Shown here: one piece after another, positions 1-13,643 of the stretch
How positions within the stretch are numbered: the stretch's first letter is position 1
How the letters are laid out: each line of letters begins with the position of its first letter
From: Novakomyces olei
Lineage: Eukaryota
Direction of reading: 5' to 3'
Length of the DNA: 64,000 nucleotides
NCBI GenBank assembly: GCA_016906335.1
Contig: JADEYG010000007.1
Span: 1,116,001 to 1,180,000, forward strand
Notes under the pieces: generated by a model
Databases searched by the model: none
Told to the model about the DNA's origin: nothing
The model's input: the letters and a program-made list of their open reading frames with translations, nothing else
Position numbers and translations under genes: made by a program

Positions 1-860
1 ATAGATTGGCTGTCGCGCATTATATATGGATCGTGGACGTCTACACTCCTGAACGCTCAGGTCTACTGGCCGCCTATATACAAGATTTGCCTGCACCTTG
101 GTAGTCAGGCGTTTGAGATTATAAATTTTTATTGCCATAATCATTATACAACATGTATATTTTATACGCACAAATTTCACGCGTAATGTGATAAGCAGTG
201 CTTTATACGAATCGTATCTCGTATATTCCACTCTAATCGTACACCCATACTCTAATCGTACATGTGAAGATTGGAAATGTTGCCAAAGCTACCGTCATAG
301 ATTGCTTTTCATTTGTACTTGAAAATATATTTTTGATATTATTGCTATTATTGATATTATTGATATTATTGATTGAGAAGTGGACTCTATAACTTTTTAT
401 TTAACTCTGTTCATTTGAAATAATTACTGTCTTTACATGGATAATTGTATCTCTACTTTACTTACTGAAATCTCCTCTAAATTCTACATTCTGTCTTTAC
501 CAGATCTATTATTGAATAATATATATATATCTCTGACAGCGCCTATGAGCCTTGGGGGACCTTTGTCATTCTTTTCTACAGTCAGATAGTTAATATCAAC
601 CGTCCGAACATCAAAATAACTTTAATAATTCAACATTATTGTTATAAATAGCATTTAATTGTAATAGTCTAGTATCAAGTTTTAAGAGATATACCCTTTC
701 TATTAGGCACAATCAAATTGACAAGCAATACTGGTGCTGCAGTATCGCCAGCTTCCTGTCTAACGTAACGTGCTGATTACACAAAGTAACATTACGAGCA
801 CGTCGAATAATTTTGAAAGCAAGAGGCACGGTCAGATAACGAGCAAGTTGTACCCGCACA

Positions 861-1454
861 ATGGTACTTTACGAGCTGCTGTGTATTGCTCGGGCGGACC
901 TGCCAAACGTACGTGCTTTTATACAATGCCAATAGAGTCTAACCCTTTTTTTCCTTTTTTTTTTTTAGACAAGCGTGAAAGAAATTGCACGATCATCAGG
1001 CAGGCTGGTTTTAAGAGGCGGAGGTGTCGTTCGCCGCGTCGAGGACTGGGGGACACTGATCTTGCCGAAGCGGATGCGCAAGCACCAGAACACGAATGTA
1101 CACGGACGGTACTGGCTCATGCATTTCGATTCGAATCCCTTAGTATTAGCGGAAATGCGTCGCACTCTCGGGCTTGATCCTCGGGTTGTGCGAACGAGTT
1201 TTTTCAGACTTGGAGAGCGGTAAGAGTGTTTTTAAAGTGGAAGATTATGGGAAACAAAACTCGTACTGCGCAGAAAGTATTCTGGTTGTCTGCGCAAAGA
1301 AAATCCATATAAAAAAGGAAGTGGAACAATCAGAGACTAGTCAACGTAAAGATAGGGCGTACTAATTTTGTTCAGGCTCGACCAAATTGTGGACTTGCCG
1401 ACGGACCCGCGATGGCATACAAAGAAAATCATGCAGGCTACGAAGCCATCGTGA
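861..1454 (+). CDS. MRP17: Mitochondrial ribosomal protein bS6m (Mrp17), 3 exons
   Basis: Exons 861-908, 969-1219 and 1376-1454, joined by GT-AG introns, give MVLYELLCIAR...GGVVRRVEDWGTLILPKRMRKH...HGRYWLMHFDS...LGLDPRVVR, the S6 family signature. Confidence 0.85.
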
Positions 1455-1795
1455 TTGTGTTTAGTATACCCGGATAACATGTATCATCTCCTAGTCTTGA
1501 CTTGTCTATTACATTCTAGCATATCGTTCAACAACTGCAAAGTTTGTATCGTTCCCAAACCATAGACATTCATATTTTAATGATTCGAGTACATACGCGT
1601 CCTCTACATCCCCAAAGTTTGCCAGCGTCGTCTAGACGCTAGAGAATAAATATTTTACATTAATTAATTAATTTATTTATTAATATCATACTCTGAGATG
1701 GTCGATGTTTTAATGTATTTTTATTATTATCGCATGCAATTTAACGTTACTGTGAGACCGCTTTGGTCTTTGAGCCAAACTCCCTACAAATGTGC

Positions 1796-3555
<1,760 letters not shown>

Positions 3556-4298
3556 TGTTTCGCGACGAGAGGCAAAGGGCAGTATTGCCTGGCAGCTCTG
3601 TTTGATAGTGCTTTTGATTCGCTGTACGTGGCAGTTGGACGGTATCGCTTACGCAACGCAGAATAGCGATAGGCGCTACTGCGGCGTGCTGCCGTGCGGA
3701 TCCGTTAGTATTAAAGGCCGCTTTCACTGTACGCGTGTGCTAAACAGTAGCGCTATTATTTTGTTTAATACGTACAAGGTGGCATGGAATAAGTACGTGG
3801 CCAGTCAGTGACAAATCACGAGCTTAACGTAAATAAAACTACCATAGAAAAAAATACAGATATATTGAAATTTTATACTAGTATTATGCCTGTGGTAGAC
3901 TAATTAGACTATTACGCACGAGAACTAACTATACTATACAGGCTGACTGAACTCTCCAAAAGTCTGGGAATTCGGTACATGGCAACGCCTTGATAGACTG
4001 AAATCCAGAAATGTTTAATTAGGTATTAAGCAACACTCACAAAAGGCATTCTGAGTTGGGGGAAAGGGAATAATAGATTATATTTCAACAAAATTGAATC
4101 AAATATCAATGCAATTATAGCGTATAATTAATTATTATTATATTATAATATAATCTTTATCATAGTCATATCATAATCATAATCATAATCATATTGAATC
4201 ATTGTCGTAATCATAGGCACATGTGTAATTAATTGTAAATATACCTGTGATAATTATTATCACTGTAAAATTCTACGGCCATTTGAAAAAACTGAATC

Positions 4299-5733
4299 AT
4301 GGCCGAAACTTACAATGTGGGAGTGTAAGGTGCATGGATTGTCTGGCTAACGATATACTAATCTTGTCTAGGCTCGGGTGCACTGGCGCTGGTATTTGAA
4401 TTACATTACTACTTTTTCCTCTCCTTCTACCAATATCTTTTTATCTTTTTTGAATGGTGTTTTTCACTTCTTTTAAGTTTAAGCCAAGCAAAGTATCTGG
4501 TTCTTACATTTAGTCGGACAAAGGTTCATCAGTCTGCTTGCCCAACATCCTTTTTTTAAACTTACTCATGTCGGTGCAAGCGCACGGTCGGCGGGAAAGC
4601 CATACCGCGAGGCGACGAAATGGCGCCAGTCAGGGTTGCTACCTCCTCAGTTTCAAGATCTTTTAGTGAGCGAATGTAAACCTGAAGCTTTCAAGGGCTG
4701 TCATCTCGTCTTTTCCGGCTTGGACTCTGATGTAGCTGGTGATATTGGTAGGTTATCCGGGCTAGTTTATATTCCTACTTTTAAGCTCATGCTATTCTGA
4801 ATATCAAATGGTTTTATTTCTAATTGAATTTGTATTTATTTATATATTTTCTTTCTATTTCATTTTCCCCTTGAATTTAAATTTATTCGTCTTTCTCGAC
4901 TCCTCTTCGTTTGCTTACATCGTTCTATAGAACTAGCGTTCGCGAACCATGATATCCCGGTCTTTTCAAACTCTAAAAACTACCGTATGGATCCGCTCAC
5001 CCCCCTACTTGTGCCCGTTGTAAATGCAGCACATCTGGATATAGTGGGCGAGCAGCGACGACGTACCGGCCGGCGCCATGGTTTTATCGCCACAAACAGC
5101 AACTGTGCTACGGTCAATGTTGTTGTACCACTGAAACCTTTGCTCGACGCCTTTGGGCCCGTGGAAATTATTTCGTGTGTTACTATGCAGGCCATCTCTG
5201 GTGGAGGGTACCCCGGTGTTGCTTCTCTCGATATTCTGGATAATGTGGTGCCCTTTATCTCTGGAGAAGAAGCCAAATTGGAACAGGAGACGGCCAAGAT
5301 TCTTGGTGCTTGTGATAATACTTCCTTTCAGCCTCTCAGCGGCCTCGCAGTTTCCTCTCAGTGCAATCGTGTCCCCGTACTCGACGGACATATGGCCTGT
5401 GTTAGTTTGAAATTTGCTAAACAGCCGCCTCCTTCGCCAGAGCAAGTAAAGCAGTGTCTTGCCGACTATAAATGTGAGGCTGCTACTGTTTTAAATTGTC
5501 ATTCTGCTCCACAACAGCCTATTCACGTGTTTGACGAGGCTCAGCAGCCAGATCGGCCACAGCCCCGACTCGACCGTGATCTCGGAGACGGGTATACCGT
5601 GTCCGTTGGCCGTGTTCGCCGGGATCCTGTGTTTGACGTCAAATTTGTATCGCTCAGTCATAATACTGTTATCGGCGCTGCGGGATCGTCCATCTTGAAC
5701 GCTGAAATTGCCATGAAAAAGGGTCTATTATAA
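4299..5733 (+). CDS. HOM2: Aspartate-semialdehyde dehydrogenase, 4 exons
   Basis: Exons 4299-4324, 4372-4391, 4514-4747 and 4931-5733 give VGVLGCTGAVGQRF, NSNCAT, TMQAISGGGYPG, CNRVPVLDGH and SHNTVIGAAG. Confidence 0.95.
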
Positions 5734-5826
5734 GACTGCTGCTAATAGAATTCAAGTGCGTTCCGAGCTGCAACAGTTTGTATGCGCATATGATTATAGT
5801 AGATAAAAGATTAATAATGGAATTTA

Positions 5827-6042
5827 ACTATATTCTGCTAAAAAGAAGAATACAAATATAGTACTACTATGTTCAGTATTAAAACCTGATACTAATTCAG
5901 ATTCAGCTTCTGGTAAATCAAAAGGTGTTCTATTACGTTCAGCTAAAGCACCAATCATAAAAATTATAAATATAGGAAATAAAGGTAAATAATAATATAT
6001 ACCAAATTGATTACTAACTATATTACTATAATTTATTGAACC
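5827..6042 (-). pseudogene. nad1: NUMT: internal fragment of mitochondrial nad1 (NADH dehydrogenase subunit 1)
   Basis: A very AT-rich 72-codon minus-strand frame reads [72 protein letters not shown], containing the ND1 signature [15 protein letters not shown]. It has no start codon and sits between two convergent nuclear genes. Confidence 0.92.
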
Positions 6043-6337
6043 ATGAATTTATGAATTATATTATAATGAAAATATACATATAAAAATGGTATCAAAAAGA
6101 TTGATATCGCCTTTTTGATACCGCCAAGCTTAGGCGTAAATAAGGATGTAGGCTAATTTATGAATGGAAGTAAATTGTGGATACAATTTACAGAAACGGT
6201 TCAGACCTGTTCCGTCTTGCCCATGCCTACTTTGCTTGTCCCTCTAGTCATGTAAATTTATTCCGACGTTAGTTTGTAAATACATCTCATTTCTTCGCAT
6301 CGCAGAGTATTAATTCATAAACATACTAACCCAACGT

Positions 6338-8556
6338 CTAAAACAATGGCTGACTCGCCGCCTTTTGCTGCTCCTCCAATTTTTTCAATCGCTTTTCCGT
6401 CTTCATCTTACCGGAAAATTTACCATGGAACTGGTGTGCAAGTTGCTTGTAAGCTTCTTTCGTGTTGAGCTCATTACCCAGCTCGTCATAATATCGGATT
6501 GAGACGTCCGGATGATACTCAGCATAACGATCGCTGATAGCCTGCATAGTCTTACGCTCCCAACGCTCGTTTTCACGCTTGTTATGTGCTTCGCGCTCTC
6601 GATTCGACATGCGATCCAGTTTCCCTGAAGCTCGTTCAGCTTCTTTAGCCAACTGCCGCTTTTCCATCATCTCTAATTTGATACGGCGAGTTTCCAGTAA
6701 CCATCGCTGCCTCTGTTGTTCTCGGTCTGCCCGCGCCTGTGCTTCTGCCGTAGGTCTCTCCATTACACCTGCGGATTAGATACAAATAAATAATTACATA
6801 AATAAATAAATCCTACCTTTTTCTCGAAGTAGTGCAAGAGCTGACCCAACGCCTCCAGAGACTAGTCGTTCCGCTTGCAGTCCCGTGGACGTAACGGCAT
6901 CGTCGTCGCTATCCTCTTCGACTTTAACAGATTTATTGTCATCGTCGACGTCACCAATAGTCGCTTCAGCCATAACTTGGTCTTCACTTAGCCTAGACTC
7001 CTCCTCCTGTTCTTGATCCTGCTCTTGTACAGCTGCTAGAGGAGCATCGGGTTCAATTGTTTGAGGACGTATTTGAGATACAAATTCGCTAATTTCGTCT
7101 ATTACAAGTCCATCCTCACTTTGATTCGCGACAGTAGTCTTTTCCTCGTTTTCTTGCTCATTTTCCTCGGTTTTCTCTGGTAACTTTCTGAGAGAAGAGG
7201 CAATTTCTTCTGGTTTCATTTTGGCAATTCTAGCCTGCGCCAGCCTTCGACGCCGAGCTAAAGCAGCGTTTAAATCATCATCGTCTATAAAGTTTTTCTC
7301 ATCCTCATTTTCAGCAATTCGTCGTGTGCTTGACAAAATTTTTACATCGTCAGCTTCCGTGGTGGACTCTTCTGCTCCGTTCCTTGCTTCTCCTGTAGTT
7401 CCCACGTCCTCCTCATCATCACCTCTACGGCGCCTTGAAGATCTGTCTTTTCGGCTCCGAGTAGACTTCTTAATCTTTATTTCGCGGTAATCTGACGTTT
7501 TATTCGAGCTCTGCTCCATACTTTGCAGCAAATCAATCCTGTTCATGTTTTGAGCTGCTATTCTCTGTTTTTCCGCAGCTTCTTCCTCCGTTTCCTGCGC
7601 CGTACCTTGCTGACCCAGTCGGAAACCAGAAGATTGCTCGCCATACACGTCCTCGTTATAATGGTTCAATATATGCCTATCACCTTCCAAATTCTCACCG
7701 TCTTGATCCTCGAGAAAGGCTTCGTATGGTTGTTTCTTTTTGTTTTGTTCCTTTTGACGCTGCTGTCGTTCTCTCAGTGCAATTTGCTCATTCACAAGTT
7801 CATCACCTGCTTCGTCGTCACCTTCCTCATCCAAAATGCCTCGGTCCCGTAGTGTAAGAATTATATCAGATCCTGCCTCCAGTCCAGCCGCATTGTGGGC
7901 GACACGTAACCCTTCCAAATCTGAGCCAGAGTACTGTTGGGCTGCTTTAGCGGTATTGCCACTACTTTTTTGGGAGTCAACCTCCATTTCCTGAGCAGTA
8001 CGCTTGCGTGTACGCCTAACCCAGCTTCGCAAATCTTCATCTGGTCCCTCCGTGTCTGCTAAAGTAGGCCCCTTTAGCTGTTTATTACGCTCTAAACGCT
8101 CACGCACTTTACGCAGCCTTTCTTGCACGGCCGATTTCTGTTGGGCGAGCGATTCTGCAGCTCGAAGTTCCCGAAGATTCTTAACTGCCTCCTCTTCTTG
8201 CTGTTGCACCGATTTCACATGGTTGTCGCTGGACGTATCCAAAGGTTTCAGGCCCCTAAATATAGTCAGTACGATCATCAAAGCATAGTCACTTTGGAAA
8301 ATAAAACGTCACGAATATGAAGCGTACAAACTTTGACGAATCTTGTTCGTTTCGGCCACGGAAATGCCTTCGGCCGACTGTGTCGAGGCATCGTGAGCGA
8401 TATCATGCGAAGGCTCACCCGCATCGAGCGGTTTCAGTCCGCTATAACATTAGCAAAAAATAGCTATGATTCAGCTTACAGTGACACGCGTATACGGTTT
8501 GTCTCTTCAACAGAAATCTCTTCCGTATCGTTGCGCGCGCGCTCAGGTTCCATCAT
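6338..8556 (-). CDS. SNU66: U4/U6.U5 tri-snRNP protein Snu66/SART-1, 4 exons
   Basis: Exons 8556-8480, 8441-8328, 8255-6817 and 6768-6338. Two HIND motifs (ETNxIRxSLGLKPL), DLEGLRVAH, ILTLRD, YxPDVxIxYYDELG and LAHQFHGKxSGKMKTEKR. Confidence 0.92.
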
Positions 8557-8837
8557 TGGACGGCAGTTTTAGATTTATTTGTGCGGTTCTACTGCCTATA
8601 TCACGTTGAATAATAATAATCTTTTCACCACACATACCAGCGCTAACAGCGTTAACGCTTTTCTTTTTCGTTTAATTATAAATTTAATCAATTATTTTAC
8701 CAATTATTTTACCATTTATTCCTCCTGTTATTTTATCAATTATTTTACCTTTTTTACTGCCCATTATTTTACCATTTATTTTCCCTATTTATTTTATCTT
8801 TATTAAACAAAAAATTACAGTGCAAGCAAAAATTATC

Positions 8838-10159
8838 ATGGTAGAGGCAGCGGTTCCAGTGCCTCAAGGCGCGGCTGCCGTCGACGTGGAAACTCGGCAG
8901 CCGGTCACGGCAGTTCAGATAGATGGGCTTGTAGTGATGAAGATCCTTCAGCACGTCCAAGACGCAGTTGGATCTGCAGGACTTGCAGGTCAGTTACTGG
9001 GCATGGACGTTGCTGGCACACTGCAGGTCACCAACTCCTTCCCCTTTCCTGCCGTTGGCGGCGGCGGCAATGATTCTGCCGAGGAGAACAGCAACGCCAA
9101 ATCAAGGCAGCAGTACGCGCAAGATATGATAAACCGGCTAGGTCGCGTGGGCGCAGATCAGAACGTTGTGGGATGGTACCAGAACGTGTACTTGAGCACT
9201 TTTGTCGACAAGTCCCTCATCGATGCGCAAGTTGGATACCAGCAAGGTGCCGCCAACAATCGCAATATTATATTGATCAATGGTACAGAACAGCACTAGA
9301 TTAGAAGCCGGTTAATGATTGATCGCTAACAAGTCAGATCTGGCGCAGTCTTTGCCCGGAGTATTAAACCTACGTGCTTTCAGGTTGACGGAAGAGTTCT
9401 TGAGTGCTCACAAGGAAGGATCGTTTACTTCCGCTGTGTACGTTGTCCCAGGATTTTGTGAAGCGATTTCGAGCTGCTGTTTTTGGGGGTTTTTTCAGCT
9501 AATTCAACTTTACGTGCTTTGATCTGCTAGACTTTTTTGTCGCTACTTTTCTTTTTTATGTTTTTTGCGCTTATTGTTTCTTGTTCTCGATTCTGACGTC
9601 CAGTTTGGCAAAACATGGTTTGAACCACAAGAAAATTTTTGAGGAGCTACCTGTACGCATTCACAACAGCACGCTGGCGAGTTCGCTTGTTCAGGATATA
9701 ACTGAACCTGAAGACAAGACTACACAGCTCCAAATGCTACGGCCCGATTTGGAACAGCATGCTCTTGTTGATCCCAATCTTGATCTGCTAGAGCTTTCAG
9801 TGGACCCGTACTTTGAAAAGAGCTTGGAGGAGATGCTAGAGGCAGTTGACGAGCATCATTATGATCAAGGAAACTATCAATATTACGGTCGGCAGCTGGC
9901 TCGTGAGCAGACCAAAATTCAGGCTTGGATTGCTCGTCGCAAACAGGAGAATGCTACTCGAGAGGCATCTAAGCTTCCTCCGCTTTCGGAGGATGAGTGG
10001 AAGCGTCTCTTCCGTCTTCCTACAGAACCTTCACGACTGGATCATATCTTACTTAGCGCTCAGATTGAACAGTATTGTCATCAAGTCGATAGCTATGCAA
10101 GCACGACCATTGGAAAAATGTACGCTACACGTGACGGCATTTCTCCCCGACTGAAATAG
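8838..10159 (+). CDS. eIF3h: Translation initiation factor eIF3 subunit h (MPN domain), 3 exons
   Basis: VQIDGLVVMKI, GQLLGMD...LQVTNSFPFP, VGWYQ, LRAFRLT, IFEELPVRIHNS, ARRKQENATR and EPSRLD, spread over ORFs 8820-9299, 9319-9522 and 9581-10159 with GT-AG junctions. Confidence 0.9.
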
Positions 10160-10650
10160 ATTGTTTAGTGCAGGCAGTATTTTTTGACTAATTCAAAATG
10201 TGGTGATTTAACACAATAGTATTCCCGTTTAATGGAAATATAAATTAGAGCATTCAATTTAAAAATTCTTAAATAAATAATATAGCTCTGGTTTGTTTGG
10301 GCCATACTCTACGAGAAGAGGCAAAGGACGATGGTGGCATTAAACGTTCCGATTGCTCATGTTCAAATTATGCAAGTTTTTGCACATTATACTCTGTTTG
10401 CTTAACCATTTTCTTTAATTTATTCATTGTCCAATTTATTCACTATTCTGTCTATTCATTATTCTGCACGCTTACTTGTTGCAATTAATTAGAAAGCGCC
10501 AGTATCGGTATTCTGCTCAATAACTCACCAGTTTTTCATATAGTGGATATATTGATAGTTTTATGACCTCTACGTGAGCGCGTTTTCCACACAATATAAA
10601 AAGCCTCAACGCGCTTGCAAAGATCCGAAATACAAGAGCAATTGGCAAAT

Positions 10651-12170
10651 ATGCAATCTGCTATCGACAGCGCCGTGGGTATGTACTTGCTAGTGTATTG
10701 TAGAGCAATACGCTTTCTTGTTTTTATTGAAATAAGCGTGCTCACGCGAATTTCACGCAGGCTTCGGCTCTATAACCACGCAAATTGAAAGAAAAATGCT
10801 CAAACGCGGCTTTCAGTTCAACCTTATGGTTGTCGGTACGTTCGCATTGCTCGCCAAGTACTTCATCAGCTAACCGAGTAATTCAAAGGCCAATCTGGTT
10901 TGGGCAAAACGACTCTGGTCAATACTATCTTCCAGTCACATCTCGTTAATTCCATGGGCCGTGAGTCTATCGACGAGCCTTTGCGCACAACGACCGAAAT
11001 TCATCCTATCGGCCATGGTAAGGCAGTGAAACGCTCACTGGTTTTACTAAAATTTCAGTGCTAAGTGAGAATGGGCGTACTCTGCGGCTAAACATTATCG
11101 ACACTCCAGGCTTTGGTGACCAGATCAACAACGATAAATGGTACATTGCAATATGCCTGATTAACCCTAATTAACCATACAGCTGGGACGTCATTATTAA
11201 ATACATCAAAGATCAGCACAACAGCTACCTTCGTAAAGAATTGACTGCTCAACGCGAACGCCGTATTCAGGACACACGCGTACATTGCTGCCTCTACTTT
11301 ATCGAGCCAACTGGTCACTCGTAAGCAACAAGCTGCAACCAAGAACAAATTGCTAATGCCCAGGCTCAAACCTATTGATATCACGGTCATGCGCAAACTT
11401 GCCGACGTTGTTAATGTCGTTCCTGTAATTGCCAAGGCTGATAGCATGACTCTTTCCGAGCGAGCTCAGTTCAAGGAGAAGGTAAGTTCGCAGTGCAGAA
11501 AGCGGAGAATAGAGCCACCAGTCGCTAATTAATTTGTATAGATTCGGTCTGAGCTAAGTCAGAACCGTATCCGTATTTTTCCGTTCGAAATGGACGATCT
11601 GGATGAGGATGAGTTGGCTATTAATGCTCAAGTAAAGGTGAAGCGTGCACACTATTATGGGCATTTACTTACATATCCAGAGCTTGCTTCCTTTTGCAGT
11701 CGTTGGTAGCGAAAAACGGTACGAGGTTAATGGACGCACTATCCGTGGCAGGAAAACCCGGTTTGGATACGTGAACGGTATGCCTTTTGTTCTTGATTTT
11801 TGGTTTTTTTTTTCAAATTTATTAAATTTCTTCGTTTCATATTCAACCAAAGTATTTTTCTCCTCTTTATAAACTCAGGCTGACTGTATGGCTTTTCTCG
11901 TTGAAATCAGTGGACGATGAGAATCACTGCGAGTTTGTATATTTGAGAAACTTTTTGATTCGGACGCACATGCAGAGCCTGATTGAAACTACTGCAGACG
12001 TTCACTACGAAACGTTCAGATGGAAGCAGCTGACATTGCTTAAAGAAGGTGCACAGGCTCACCAGTACCAGAATCAGCCTCCATCGCAGCAGCAACTGCA
12101 GCAGCCGCAATATGAAGGCCGTGGAGGATACGGCCCACCGCGGCAGCCCGTCCCGGTCAACGGCTACTAG
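10651..12170 (+). CDS. CDC10: Septin, Cdc10/Spn2 group, multi-exon
   Basis: Spliced [79 protein letters not shown] and HYETFR. No C-terminal coiled coil, as is typical of Cdc10. Confidence 0.9.
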
Positions 12171-12679
12171 GAAGATTGGTCTTGTGCAAAACATGGTGTC
12201 AGGTTAAAAGGTTTCAACTTTGACAAAATTCAAGTGGGAGCATTTATAAACACAAGTGTTTGCCATACGTTTCGATATTAATCATAAGACTGTTATGCGC
12301 GTTTGTTTGCCTTTGATTATTTACACGTCTGAGCTTTTGTTATTAATTAAATATTATAAATGAATTTGTGACGAGATTGAGACCGAGTAGGCGTGTCAGG
12401 ATGGGAGTGCATATAAGTGCAGTATTCGTGTTTGCCGCAAACGATTCGAATTAGTAGCAACTGCCCGCTCCCAGTGTAGTAATTTTAGATCAAGCATTTC
12501 TTTATAATAAATCATTTGTACGGGAAAATTATTAACATGCACAGTATAAATTTAAATTTAAGTCTGTGACATAAAACGAGTACTTTCATTTACATACAGT
12601 ATATTTCAAGTTTGAATAATAAACTAAAAATTTCCAGTGACGCAGCATCTTTTATATCGGTCCTGAAAGCAGTGCAGTC

Positions 12680-13022
12680 ATGGCCGAAACATCTTTTGCA
12701 TTAGGCGATCTCGATGAGACGGCACGCAAAGACCTCGAGACATTTATTGAAGGCGAAAAGGGACGCGTTAAGATCCAATCTTGTAAGTATACTATTAGGC
12801 TATTATAACTAATTCACGAAAAGCTATCAACGGTTTCACCGATCGCTGCTGGGTAAAGTGTGGGCTCGGAAACAGTAGCAGCAGCCGACTATCAGGCGGT
12901 GAAGAGAAATGCCTTGCAAACTGTGTTGAGCGATTCCTTGACACTAACGTTCACATCATCAAAAAGTAATTTTTGGCTTGAATTGTGTCTGCTAACCTAC
13001 CAGTCTGAACTCTCGTTCGTAA
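12680..13022 (+). CDS. TIM8: Mitochondrial intermembrane-space chaperone Tim8 (twin CX3C), 3 exons
   Basis: Spliced product ...DLETFIEGEKGRVKIQSSINGFTDRCWVKC...EEKCLANCVERFLDTNVHIIK. Too fragmented for the ORF track. Confidence 0.88.
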
Positions 13023-13643
13023 TGTCGCGCTTCTAGTCCGCTATTTTCTTCTTACATTGAATAGATTATAAATTTATTTATCAAATGTCTTCCACGTTTT
13101 ATTAGCCATGCTATGCCGGGCAATCTCATCCTAAGTCCCGTGGCTATCTCTATCGCCCAAGCAAACAAACCTGGTATATAAATTGGTCCGTGGGTTTTCC
13201 TGTATACCTACCAGTACACTAGTTCCCCAAACCCTGTCGGTAACGTACTTGTGATTGCCTCCATTCAAGATTGGCATCAGGCCGCATAAATACGCTGTCG
13301 GTTCTTAGAGTAACTAACAATATATTAAATTTTAGACTGGATAAATATGACATTCAAAATCTTTATACACCTGTTTTTCGAACCCTGCGACTTCGATACC
13401 GGTCGTTTCAAATAATAGTAAACGATTGCTGCCTCTTTTCACCGCATAATAATCATTTTATAAGCGAAGCACTGTCGACTTTTGGAGGATTGGTAGTCCG
13501 GGTGAAAATTATAAAAATAGCTAATAAATTATTGTTTTATGTATAGTGTAAAACTCGGCGTATTTTATATATTTTAATTTAATTTATAAAAGTTCGCGTT
13601 CAATAATATAGAACTGTTAATTAATCACAAAAGACGCGTCTTC

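Noticed and set aside
3-104. Possible last exon of an upstream gene (RLAVAHYIWIVDVYTPERSGLLAAYIQDLPAPW*)
   Set aside because: Too short and truncated by the window edge to support or name.
390-700. Alternative nuclear genetic code (TAA/TAG = Gln) suggested by read-through-looking frames
   Set aside because: Well-conserved genes here end at the expected positions with TAA or TAG (TIM8, orb6, ILV3, RPS31, eIF3h), so the standard code applies.
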